A stretch of DNA of 64,000 bases from Dudresnaya verticillata (Eukaryota): contig OZ374565.1 of NCBI GenBank assembly GCA_977862235.1, forward strand, positions 186,001-250,000. Direction: 5' to 3'. The position numbers and the translations under genes are program-made. Under the pieces are notes generated by a model. That model was not told the origin of the DNA. It saw only the letters and a program-made list of their open reading frames with translations, and did no database searches. Of the stretch, positions 12,701-23,803 are shown piece by piece; position 1 is the first letter of the stretch; every line of letters begins with the position of its first letter.

Positions 12701-13579
12701 AGCAGTTGGGGGAGAGCCAGTTCAAAATGTTACGGTAAAAGCATAGTGCTGAACGTGATCTCGAGAGGGAACATCTTCGCGGGTGACTATGGACCACTAC
12801 CAAGCATGGTGGCACTGGATGCTACAGCAACCGCAAGGGTAGGGGGATACAGAGAGGATGCCTGGGCGGGGGGCAGGGTCATACCCTCCAGCGTTCTGCT
12901 CTCGAATGGCAGCAAGGGTGGCGGAGATGGTTAGGCCGTGCAAAGCCCCGTTGCGCCAACTCTGTTCTGCAAGCATCCGTGCATGGGTACGGAGGATCAG
13001 TCAGAGTGGGCAAGGGCAGAGGTGTTGGCACCAGTGAGTCAGCGCACTACTGGTGCCAGCAGTGGTCGGTTGCTGTGGTTGGAGAGTTGAGGGTAGAAGC
13101 AAAGCATGGCAAGCGGGAAACAGGTAATGGACGGGCTGTTATCAGCACAGCACGCCATTCTGCAGTGGGCTGAGTGGGGAGGCCACATCGGAAGCACCCG
13201 GGTGTAGAGAGGGATAGCGCAAGTGGTATACCTTATAAAAGCGTGCGGTTTGCGTGTGAAGACGTTGAGTCAAGCACTGCGTACTTGTCCCGAAGATATT
13301 GCAGGTGCATCCTATTGCGGCATACAGAAGAAGTAGAGGTGACTAGAGTTATTGGACGTTCCCAGCCTTGTTGAAGATGGCAATATGGGGCTCCTCTTGT
13401 GTCGCACTTTCAGTTTGCGAAAACAAAACCCCTCCCGTGGTAGCAATCAAGGTCTTCCCTAATACGTTACATGCAACTGCTTCCCGTCTTTTGGGGCTTT
13501 TGACAGGCTTTTAACACCTCAGCAGAACCCCGTAGACAACAACGAAAGCATACCGCCATTCCACGAAGAATACCACGTC

Positions 13580-16072
13580 CTACTCCGAATTGCTCGTCGG
13601 CGGGCGCACCCGCTTTCGCTCCTTCTCTTTCTCGCTCTGAGTCGTGTCAACTGCCTCGCAAGCCTTGCGACTCAGCTTCATCTGCCCATTACGCCCGAGC
13701 TCAATAACCTTAACCTCTATCACATCTCCAACGTTGCACACATCAGTCACACTGCTCGTCCGCTTACTCTCCAGCTCAGAGATATGCAGCCATCCCTCCT
13801 TTCCCTCGGCAACCTGAACATACGCCCCAAACGGAAGAATCTTCGTCACCTTGCCTTGCAACCGCGTCCCTACATCCACCGTCATCGTCATCCCGCGTAC
13901 AATTCCTTTTGCTTTCTTGATCATTTCCACGTCACTCGACGAAAATGAAACGCTTCCATCGTTGTCGATCGAGATTCGCATCTCCTCCTCCCCACCACAC
14001 TTTTCAATAATCGATCGAACCGTCTTCCCGCCCGGTCCAATCACCTCCCCAATCCGCTTGGGTGGGATCTGAATCACTTCCATCTTGGGCACCGAGCTCG
14101 GAAGCTCTGTCTTGGCCTGGGGCATAACGGCGTCCATGCAATCCAGCACATGCAACCGCCCCGCCCGCGCCTCCGTCAGAATCTGCCCAAACAGCGGTAA
14201 CGAGATCCCTCGCAGCTTCACGTCCAGCTGCAGCGCGGACAGTCCATCGCGGTTCCCAGCAAACTTGGCGTCGCAGCTCCCGAGTGCATCCTCCAACCCC
14301 AAAATGTCCGTCAGCACAACCGCAGGCAGCTCTCCGGTTTCAAGATCTGGACCAGCGCTCTTGTCTACGACGAGTCCCATCGCGATGCCCGCTACTGAAC
14401 ACTTGAGTGGGACACCAGCCTCCAGGAGCGCCAGACAGCCGCCGCAAACACTCGCCATACTCGAACTTCCGTTGCTCTCCAAGATGTTGCTCTCCACACG
14501 CAGTACGTACGGAAATTCCTCCTTCGGCGGTATTGCCGCCTGCAACGCACGCTCCGCAAGCTTGCCGTGACCGATTTCGCGCCGACCCGGCGCGCCCACC
14601 CTGCCTACCTCACCGACTGAGAAAGGGGGGAAGGAGTACTGCAGGTAAAAGCGCGCTGCGTCCTCACCCTCAAGCGTCTCAAAGCGTTGGGCCATGTCAT
14701 CTCCGCCTAGAGTGGCGACCGCAAGAGTTTGGGTCTCTCCGCGCGTAAAAAGGGACGACCCATGTGTGTGCGGCAACAGCGCCTGGTCTATGGAGATTGG
14801 TCGAACCGTGCTCGAGTCTCGCCCGTCCGGTCGAACATTGTGGTCCAGGATTCGTCGGCGCATGCGTTCCGACACCAACTCCTTCCATGCAATTCGCAGC
14901 AGTGTGACCTTTTCCGCCGCAGCGTCGGGGTCTGCTAGCTCTTCCTCCCGGGTAGGCTTGAGAGCATCGAAGACTCGGTTGCGGACTTCGCGCACAAATT
15001 CTTCGCGGTCCTTCTTGCCAATGACGGCCAAGGCCTCGTCAATGCCAGCAGAGAGCTCGACCATTCGCGCGTTTGTTTCAGCTGGGATGGTGCGCAGCGC
15101 ATCGGTGATCTTCTCCACAGATCCGGTCTTCTCGCGGAGCTCGTCGAGCGCGTCGCATAGCTTAACAATGGAGGCGTGGGCCAGCTCGACACCGGCTACG
15201 ATCTGGTCCTCAGAGAGAAAATCGCAAAAGCCCTCGATCATGAGAATTCCGTCACGAGTACCGGCTACAACAAGTTCAGACTCGCAGTCCTTGAGCTCTT
15301 GCACTGTGGGCTCGACGACAAATGCGCCATTCACGTGAGCCAGGCGAACGGCGGCAACCGGGGCGACAAGCGGGATATGGGATATGTGCAGGGCAGCAGC
15401 GGCGGAGCAAATGGCCAAGGCATCAGCGGGATTCTTGCCGTCGTAAGAGAAGACATTGGCTAGGACTTGGACCTCGTTAAAATAGCCGTCCGCAAACATA
15501 GGCCTGAGCGGACGGTCAATGAGTCTAGACACGAGAATCTCCCTTTCTGACGGACGTCCCTCCCGCTTGATGTAGCTACCAGCGGTCTTCCCTGTGGCGG
15601 AGAACTTCTCAGCATAGTCGACTCTGAGCGGGAGAAAGTCGACTGTAGCGGCGGCGGAAGAGTCGGCGCAGGCGGCGCAGAAGACGATGGTCTCCCCTAT
15701 GCGGGCCAAGACAGCGCCGGAAGCCTGGCGGGCCATTCGGCCGGTCTCAAAACGCACGGTCTTCCCGGGCGCAAACTCGACCTCGACAACGGTAGGCGCG
15801 GGCGGGGTGGGGATAGCGGCGGGGGCTGGGGCGGAGGCGGAGAGGCGCTGCGCGCGGCGCTGGCGCTCGGAGAGGTCTGTGTCGGGGACTTCGGCGGGGT
15901 CGACTGCGTCGGTGGCGTCGAGAGCGGCGGGGGTGGGGCGCGCGGCGCAGGCCGCGGCGAAGCGGCGGCCGCGGCGCAGCGGCGCGGCGCGCGAGCGGAC
16001 GCGCGCATTGTGCGCGGCGCGCGTGAGCGGGGCCGGCGGGGCGAAGGCCGCGCGCGAGCGACTCGCCGCCAT
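13580..16072 (-). CDS. pnp: Polyribonucleotide nucleotidyltransferase (PNPase), probably plastid-targeted
   Basis: FETGRMARQASGAV, DFLPLRVDYAEKF, SRLIDRPLRPMF, RREIGHGKLAERAL and ESNGSSSMASVCGG motifs, KH domain (IGEVIGPGGK) and S1 domain. Likely start is MAASRSRAAFAPP at 16072, with an Ala/Arg-rich transit peptide. Confidence 0.95.
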   Translation of the reverse strand: MAASRSRAAFAPPAPLTRAAHNARVRSRAAPLRRGRRFAAACAARPTPAALDATDAVDPAEVPDTDLSERQRRAQRLSASAPAPAAIPTPPAPTVVEVEFAPGKTVRFETGRMARQASGAVLARIGETIVFCAACADSSAAATVDFLPLRVDYAEKFSATGKTAGSYIKREGRPSEREILVSRLIDRPLRPMFADGYFNEVQVLANVFSYDGKNPADALAICSAAAALHISHIPLVAPVAAVRLAHVNGAFVVEPTVQELKDCESELVVAGTRDGILMIEGFCDFLSEDQIVAGVELAHASIVKLCDALDELREKTGSVEKITDALRTIPAETNARMVELSAGIDEALAVIGKKDREEFVREVRNRVFDALKPTREEELADPDAAAEKVTLLRIAWKELVSERMRRRILDHNVRPDGRDSSTVRPISIDQALLPHTHGSSLFTRGETQTLAVATLGGDDMAQRFETLEGEDAARFYLQYSFPPFSVGEVGRVGAPGRREIGHGKLAERALQAAIPPKEEFPYVLRVESNILESNGSSSMASVCGGCLALLEAGVPLKCSVAGIAMGLVVDKSAGPDLETGELPAVVLTDILGLEDALGSCDAKFAGNRDGLSALQLDVKLRGISLPLFGQILTEARAGRLHVLDCMDAVMPQAKTELPSSVPKMEVIQIPPKRIGEVIGPGGKTVRSIIEKCGGEEEMRISIDNDGSVSFSSSDVEMIKKAKGIVRGMTMTVDVGTRLQGKVTKILPFGAYVQVAEGKEGWLHISELESKRTSSVTDVCNVGDVIEVKVIELGRNGQMKLSRKACEAVDTTQSEKEKERKRVRPPTSNSE

Positions 16073-17024
16073 GGTTGCTCGCGGTCGGACGGGGGGAGGG
16101 GGCGGGGGGGACGCGCGAGCTGAGCTCGGCACGACGGGCGCGGCGCGAGGCTGATCTGCGCGTTGGGGCGGGGAGTGAGAGCTCGCGGCGCGGCATCGGC
16201 ACGAACGGCGCCGCTGCGGTGCGCGGCGCGCGCGCATTGGTCGAGGCGCGGGGCGATTGGAGTTTTTCTGTGAAGGGTTCTCGCTGCCGCGTTGCACACG
16301 TGTATCGAGCGTTTCTTGTGTGACCTGCCATGAAGGCTTCATTGCAGGCATCGCGCAGACGCTCCTTGTGCCCACTATGCACTACCACTCTCACAATCCG
16401 CGCAAGGTCCGGAATGCTGCAAAGTAGACCTCCGGAAGCATTCCCTCACTTACAAAACACCGGCACCCTCCGCGGCACCGCCTTCCTTTCGTTCACAGCA
16501 CTTTCGATACCACCCCAATTCCACTTTTGTTAGTCGACAACTTTGCGTGCTTCCATGCTCCTCATTCCGCAGCCTGCTCAACCTCGTTCTATCACTCGGA
16601 TCGACCATCTCATTCTTCAAACGTTCACCGAGGCAATAAAGTTGACAAATTCTCTCGAGTTCCTATTTTCAATACTACCCATGGGAAGCAAAACAATATC
16701 ACTCCCATAAAGAGAGTCGCGAGATTTAGCTTTGCACCGCAGTAACCGTAGGCCCCTTCATTGTTCAATGCCAATTAACTCCAACAAAGGGCATGATGAC
16801 CAACCTTAGTGGTCTTTCCATCATTTCCATTCAGAAAATCCATACCATAAGAATCCCCTCGACAGAGCTGCTCGCTCCCTTGTGCTTGTGCTACCTCATA
16901 TCAACTCCCCATCCGATCCGACCCTGTAGCAACCTCCAACGTTTCCCGCATGTTCCTCGGCTGCAAGGGCTCGTCACTGAAAAAAGAAACGGACTACCTT
17001 GCTTGACATAACTCTGCATCGATA

Positions 17025-17609
17025 ATGACTACTGATGCATGGCTTGAAAGACTCAATCCGGAGGAAGAAGAGGTCTACAACCTGATTAACAGTGCCGAAG
17101 AGGAATATTTGCGATATTTATCCGCAAAGGCACATCACGCCCCGCTTCCCTTAGAAGAATATCATCTTGTCTATTCTGCGCTATCACGAGCACTACGATG
17201 CCAGCAGCGTCTGGTTCTACTTGGGGTCAACGTCATGGAAAACTTCTTGGCCTCCGGAACACTCAACATTGTTGAAAACCAAATCAACCTCCACGCTGCT
17301 CCATCGCGTAGAATTTCGTATCCGCCATTGAGGAACAATGCGCAGAAAATTGCCAGTGATACGCAAATGAAGAGAATCCAGAACACAAAACATGCCTTCA
17401 AAGCCTACATCTTCGCGAAGGACACCAGTCAAAAGAATAACCTCATCGCACAGCACTACATCAAGGACGCCACCGAAAATCTGTTGAAGGTCATCAACGA
17501 TTTGCATCAGATGTTCAAACTTGCGGGGAGGAAGGCTGAAGCGATTCAAAAGTCGAAAGAAGCGCTTGGATACAATGAAAGTCTTATTTCTCGAGTCGAA
17601 CGGCTGTAA
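17025..17609 (+). CDS. Hypothetical protein (194 aa), predicted helical, function unknown
   Basis: ATG-initiated ORF with protein-like composition in AT-richer DNA. Stays open in the duplicate at 61508. Confidence 0.55.
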   Translation: MTTDAWLERLNPEEEEVYNLINSAEEEYLRYLSAKAHHAPLPLEEYHLVYSALSRALRCQQRLVLLGVNVMENFLASGTLNIVENQINLHAAPSRRISYPPLRNNAQKIASDTQMKRIQNTKHAFKAYIFAKDTSQKNNLIAQHYIKDATENLLKVINDLHQMFKLAGRKAEAIQKSKEALGYNESLISRVERL

Positions 17610-19229
17610 CACCCCAACAATGTGGAACGGGTTTGAAGAGCCGTAGTAGCTACTACAGTAACAACGTACCAATCTACCGAGATCATGGAAAGGCATGAGA
17701 AACTCTAAGCTCCCTGGTCTTTCCCTTATGCGGGACAAACATAATCAAGATAGCTTTTCTTGACCCGAGTATAATTTGCCTACCTCGGTAATGATGTGAG
17801 TTCGTGGTGGCTGTTAACCGCCGTGCACTCTTTGACCGTTGCCTTTCACATGAATTGTAAGCAGGTCCCCTTAAGGGCTGTAGTCTTACCTATGCATAAA
17901 GGGCTCCCTCAACGTATTGTTTGCTTGTTTAGGCCAGGGCTTTGCCGCGTACTATTGCGGTCTATTTTTCGTCAGTATTGACAATATGCAGTAATATTGC
18001 AATACTGAGAGAAAGGGCAATATTTATTGCTATTTGGTCCAATGTTTCACCAGATCGATTCCTCATATGCTCTATGAATTATATTCAGTCCAACGAGTCG
18101 GTATCACTATCATATTGATGACATTGATGTAGTAGACAGCACCCGGACCAACAGCATTAGTAGAATGTTGTCTGTCCAGTGTTCTCTCGATGACATATGA
18201 ATGCAATCTTAGGCCCATTCGTTACTGTTTGGGTGCACTCCGACATATTCTATGAACAATTCCACGATACTTAACATATGCAGTGCAAGAGAGCAAACGT
18301 CTGGCCTTGGTAACTACTCTTGCTGTCGTTTTAAAGTGGACTCTTTTCTGTGTGTGAATCGTTTGATGCGTGTGTGTTGTGTCGTGCTGTCTATGTATGA
18401 ACAGCCGAGGCTATGTAGAGCCTCTTCGCCACAACAAAATACTACGAAAGGAATGTATCTGAGATATACTGGCACTACGAGCTGTCACAACGCTAGCGGT
18501 ATATTATTGCCGTAGCTTTGGTGACACTCTACTATCAGAATGCAGCTGCAGTATTCGTGGAGTGCACTCTCTTACATGCAATACTTAGACAACTGCCCTA
18601 TACATACATATATATCTACTATTGAGATATATATTCAACTATATAAATAGTAGCATCTTTTCAGTCTGAAGACTATTTCCATAATGGCCTCGTTCTTTTC
18701 GTAATGGAACTGATACGGCGTTACCAGGAGCACTGTTCCTTAACACAAGCAGCATTTCTTATCTCTCAACTTTTAATTCCTTAAAAGAAATACGTCAGCA
18801 GGCTGTCGACATCAAGAAAGAGACGACCGCATTTCGAAGCCCAGCATTTGAAGGTTGTCAAGGTACAACCGAGTAAAGGCTTAGAAGCCTTTAGGGTTAC
18901 GGTACCTAATTACAGTGTCTTACACCTGGTGATATCGAAAGTGCAGAGTTTGTATGGATCTGGGGCGAATCAGTAGTTCCGGAGAGAGAGGACGAGTTTG
19001 AAGGTCCAGTGGAAGGTATAGAACGTACCCCATTGTGCACCCATTGCCCGAGAAGCACAAACATACGATTTTATGGCAGTGCAAATCCACAAGGGGTCCC
19101 CAATATCTGATCTGATTGTCGGCGACAGGCCGTCTGCTCGACATCGCCTGATAGAGCGTGATGCGAGGACGTGAGAATATTAATTTCTATCACAGATTCG
19201 AGTCTGTCTGGGTGTGGTGCAGTTGACAG

Positions 19230-19839
19230 TGTTACACATAGCGCTCGCACTGTTTGGGAGTACTCCCTACAATGGGATCCCAAAGCGCACACGCGACGCT
19301 GCAGGGTAATTCCCTAGAATGGGAGCCTGCTGGGGAACGCACTGCTGAACAATGGCAGACCCCACGGCCGATCATGGCTATCGCGCACAGACCTGGTGAA
19401 CCTGCACAAGGCAGAACTGCCGGTCTGACAAGGCGAATTTGCGTCCCTTCGGACAACCCTCTACATCTTATTGGCTAACGCTCAGGGTCCCCTGACAACA
19501 GGGTTCAGACCTGAATGACTTTCCGTCCGTCCCCGACCCACTGTGGGACGGCGGGTGTGAACACATCCACCTGTTCAGGTCTATCTGACTTGGAGCGGAT
19601 CCCGCGAGCATGCGGGCCACAAATACTGTGGGTCGCTTTGAGCCGTCCGGCTGTAGAAATAATAAAGCCAGCACGCTGGCGTCGAACGACGAAGACGAGG
19701 GACAACACACCACTCCTCATCCACGCCGTGACTTTGCCCTCCACTTTGCCAACCCCAACTTTCTCTCTACCGACCTTTTACTTTTCCTTTTCGCGTTCGC
19801 GATCTACTGCTTCGAAGGCAAAAGCGGTTACGCGTCACA
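19230..19839 (+). repeat. 5' LTR of the Gypsy element
   Basis: TGTTACACAT...CGCGTCACA; about 8 substitutions versus 35871-36480 by eye. Confidence 0.95.
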
Positions 19840-19922
19840 GTAATTACTTTTCCCCGGAGTAGTTTCGTTTTTGTTGACGAAGCGAGATTGTGTTCACGGT
19901 GACCAGCACTAGGAGTGCTACG

Positions 19923-21655
19923 AATGGATCCAATGCCCAAGATTCATGCACAAAATCCGTGTCCGTCAGACGATCGTCGAAACGGTGGAAGCGAAGGCTG
20001 ATAGGACTGTCAACGGCTGACTTCGTCTTGTTCAAGCACGATCGCGAGATCTATGAACGACGAGTCGCTGAGAAGAATTCGGATCCGAATGTTAAGATCC
20101 AGCTTACGACCTACAAGGACTCTATTCTACCTGCTGTGCTGGAGATCTTCGCACTAGGTGACTGGGTTCCGATGGACACCGTTGATGACATCTGTAGTAG
20201 AATGGCTTTGAAGCCAACAGAGACGGCGACACGGCACGACAGCTGTCCTCAAAGAGCGATCCCACTCGCGTGGTTGGTAGCTCGGTAAAGGGGTGGTAGA
20301 GACTTGAAAGGGCTTAAAGCCCTAACAAAGGAAAAAGGGATAGGCGAACCCTGCTGAATAGAGCAATTCGTCGTAGACGACAGGGCTTGTAGACGCCCAA
20401 AGGGAAGTTGTAGCGGTAGCACCGTAAGCGTCCAAAAAGGGGAAAACCCAAGGCACAGACCGCTGCCGGTTTAGTGCCGGGCCCCTGCTACTCAGGGGCC
20501 CCATAAATACAGCGAGAGCCGAAAAGTGCTCCTCGCTCAGTTAGAGCTCTATGGCTAATACTTAGCTAATACTGTACAATACAGGTACGATATATCCTTA
20601 GATAGGAATGAGTGGTCAGGCCACAAGGCCCGCGCGGCGCCACTGTCAGGCGCCGTGCGGCAAACATCCGCCAGCAATGCATGGCGCGATGGTGCGGCCA
20701 TGGTTAATCCCCAAATGGCACAGGGCCATATTATCTGGAGCAGTGTGCCCTACAGATCAACTCTGTACACGTGTTGCCTTACAGCGCAGGAGCGTTCCAG
20801 CAATGAAATCAATCGGAGCACCAGCCATGTCATCCGGGCAGTTGTGCGCCCGTCATTCCTTACAGAGGACTCGTGTCCACGTGGCTCCTTACAGGGCGTC
20901 AACGCCCGTTGTACCACAACATCACGGAGAACCATCTTGAGGACTGTGTGGCCAAGCAGGCTGTAGTTAATCCTGATGATTATGATCTTGGAAAGCTCGA
21001 TGATTCCCTCAATGACTAGAAGCTCGGACGAGCGGATAGTGAACACAACCTAGAAGCCCAAGTTTAGCAGCTGATCTTTGAATACACCAAGATCTTACAG
21101 AACTGTGGTTACAATAAGTTTGCCGAACGGCACCCGAAGCTTGCCGTGGAGCACATACTGAAGCGTATCACTCACCCGTTCCTGAAGAACCGCATGATCA
21201 TGACTGCGCGTCTGAAGAAGGACGAGGACTTTCAGAAGAACTTCAAAGTTTTCGTACGAGAACTCGCGAAGGAGGCGCGGCTGATCGACCGCATGAACGC
21301 CGCCAAGAAATACAAAGCGCCCGCTACCGCTTTCGACAAGTTTGCTACTCGTGTTGCGGATGATCCGCCGCCGACGGCGCCATACCGATCGGGTAGTTCC
21401 GGTTCCGGACGTAAGAATAAGAACCGTTGTAATAAAGGTGGTGCATCTGGCAGTACTGCAGAAGATGGGAACCACAATCAAGACAAACCGTTCGGTGGTA
21501 ACGATGGCAGAGGTAAACACTTTCGCGAACCTCCCCATTGTCTCAACCCAAAGTGCGACAAGCGCCATTGGGTTGATGACTGTGAAATAACTGCGGACGC
21601 AGAGAAGAAACGTCTCAAGGATGAGTGCCGTGCGCGTTCGCAAGCGCGCAAGTGA
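19923..21655 (+). pseudogene. gag of the host Gypsy element, split by the solo LTR at 20193-20918
   Basis: Reading PMDTVDDI|TENHLEDCVAK resumes across the insertion. C-terminal Zn-knuckle-like CLNPKCDKRHWVDDC. Confidence 0.8.
20193..20918. mobile_element. Solo LTR (726 bp) inserted in gag
   Basis: TGTAGTA...TACCACA ends with perfect 5-bp TSD ACATC (20188-20192 and 20919-20923). Confidence 0.9.
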
Positions 21656-21727
21656 TCGAAGCAGGACTCAGAGAAGCGAGAAAACATCGGATCTGTAGAA
21701 CTACCTACCGAAGGAGAACACACTTCA

Positions 21728-22757
21728 ATGTTCTCAGCCTCATTCTGTTCAGGTGCTGTAGAGGTGTCCGCCTTAACCGATCAAGGTTCGGATGCTAATC
21801 TAATTTCACCATCAGTACTGAAGGAGATCTTACAGGCTGACCCAGATGTTCGAGTTGTGACTCTACCAAAGAAGCTGGAGTTCTCCAATGCTCATTCTTC
21901 TGCTGTGAAGATCACGTGCAGCAGGCAAGTATCCGCTGACGTAATGCTACGCGTACGCCATGGTACGAACCTCATCTTGCGAGGAATGAAGTGGCTGGTC
22001 ACAAACGCTGCAGTACAGCACGTTTATGTCGGACGACATGTTCTCGCGTCTATAGGGTTGAACAACCGTGTCATGCTCGAGTTCGCGGCTGATAGATTCG
22101 GAGGAGTCGTCGACGTCCCAGAAGTTCTTCATAAGGATGGGAGTGGCGACAATCCTTGCGCCGACGCCGGTGCGTCTATCCATGGAATCCTTCGCGAACG
22201 CGGTTTGGATTTCGGAAGCACCTTCCACAGCAAAGGGGGTGCTGAGGACGATCAACTCGAAGACAGTAACGTCTACGTCGATCTTGGCGAGGACTCGCCG
22301 GATGATTTGAAACAGGCGATCGCCGCAATGGTCGAAGACGCTCGCAACAATGGACTGAGCGATACCGGAGCCGAACGGCTGACCTCTATCCTGGACAGGT
22401 ACCCGGTTTTCGGATTCGGCTGGGCAAATCCCAACCAGTCGACGTTCCGCCAATGAGGGTACGACGTCAACAAGGATACCGACCGGTACGTTTGAAAGCA
22501 AGGAGATACTCCGGTGAACAAAGGAACTTCCTGAACGCGCGCGTCGTACGCGTACGTGGATCGGCTCAAGGAGATGGAATTTTCGAGGAGATGACAACCG
22601 CCGAATGGCAAGCGGCACCTCTCCTTGTGCCGAAGCCTGTTTGCAGAGCTGGGTATCGTATGACCGTGGACCTTCGCCCGGTCAATGGCGCGACAATCAA
22701 AGAGTCGTGGCCAATGCCTCATCTGGACAGCGAGGTGTATGATTTCTCAGGGAGCAC
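21728..22757 (+). pseudogene. pol 5' part of the host element (protease and RT N-terminus)
   Basis: DQGS protease motif. RT N-terminus ends EVYDFSGST at the insertion and continues CFASLDFVSGYWQ at 33142. Confidence 0.9.
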
Positions 22758-23185
22758 TGTGGTGCAAGGGAAGGGCTGCCCCTTTTTCGCTGTGAGCGTA
22801 TTATATGCCAACGTCTACCGACGGCACGTCGACCGCCGTTGGCGCGCGAACACGTCATGGACGGTTGGCCCACGGGCATACGGCCGCCGTTACCCGGCGC
22901 GGCGCACGCGCCCACTGTACGGCCAGATCCAGATGCACGATCCGGATCGGCCAGGCGCAAGGCGCACGCCTGTAAGCCTGGCCCGGATCCGGATCGGATC
23001 CGGATGGGACATCGGGATCCGGCATCGGGATCCACAGTGATGTAAGGAGCGCGTCTGTAATGGCCGCGCGCCAGCAATGCTGGTAGGGATCTGGATCCGA
23101 ATCCGGATCACCCACAATGCTACACGCATGCGCCTATAAGCTACTCCTGAGCTCCCGCGCGCGCGGCTGCATGGCGACGACGACG
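22758..23185 (+). repeat. Outer inverted arm A (428 bp), left; contains a GGATCC/GATCCG cluster
   Basis: Reverse complement of 32709-33136, about 9 mismatches by eye. Confidence 0.95.
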
Positions 23186-23803
23186 TGTCAGACACTCGAC
23201 GACGCGACACGCGTCCTGAGTCCCCGCGCACCGCGCCTGCCGCCGTCACTCACGTAGTATATGAGGTAATCCGTCTGAGACGCTGAGTAAATCCCGGACA
23301 AGCCGGCCTTGGTCCAGACTTCCCCGTTCCGCACGCGCGTACCCTACCGCTGCCTACGGCTAAGCGTCTACCTCCCGTGCTTCTACGTCTACCATCGTCC
23401 TTGACGTGCTCCCTTTCTGTTTCCTTTCCCCTTCCTTCACACCTTCCGCCTCGGGCGTCTACAGTCCGCCCAAGGCGTGCCCCTTTTGCTCTACCAACAA
23501 CTCGCCCACGGCGGGATCACCTACCGCCAAGGGCGCAGCTACCCACCGAGCCCCGCACTGCTCGGCGGTCTATCGTCTCGGACGTTTTGCACCACATCTG
23601 GTCTCCCGACCTAAAATTGTGCTACGTTTCAACGAGTTACTCCGTCGTGCGACGTCCGACTCTTCGTCTTCAGACGTTTGTCGCTAATCGTCCACGACGT
23701 TCAAGCAACTCTACGATTGTATCATGGCCTCACGACCGCCGCCGTCGAGAGGCCCAAGTTCAAGAAGACCGTCTTCGACGCCAGGGAGTGTACCCGCGTC
23801 ACA
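23186..23803 (+). other. Left LTR-like cassette D (R/U5-like, internal LTR end, PBS-like site, gag-like start)
   Basis: Starts TGTCA and ends TCACA. Directly oriented, diverged homolog of 32152-32708. TTGCACCACA at 23587-23596 is followed by TGGTCTCCCGAC at 23599-23610. Confidence 0.7.

Noticed and set aside
9845..13400. Possible gene remnants in the GC-rich ORFs between the LPMO pseudogene and pnp
   Set aside because: No recognisable motif or consistent frame.
16073..16375. N-terminal extension of PNPase in the ORF track
   Set aside because: Non-ATG start; the ATG at 16072 gives a plausible transit peptide.
17930..18035. TATTG/CAATA-rich palindromic patch as a DNA transposon end
   Set aside because: No partner terminal repeat or TSD found in the window.
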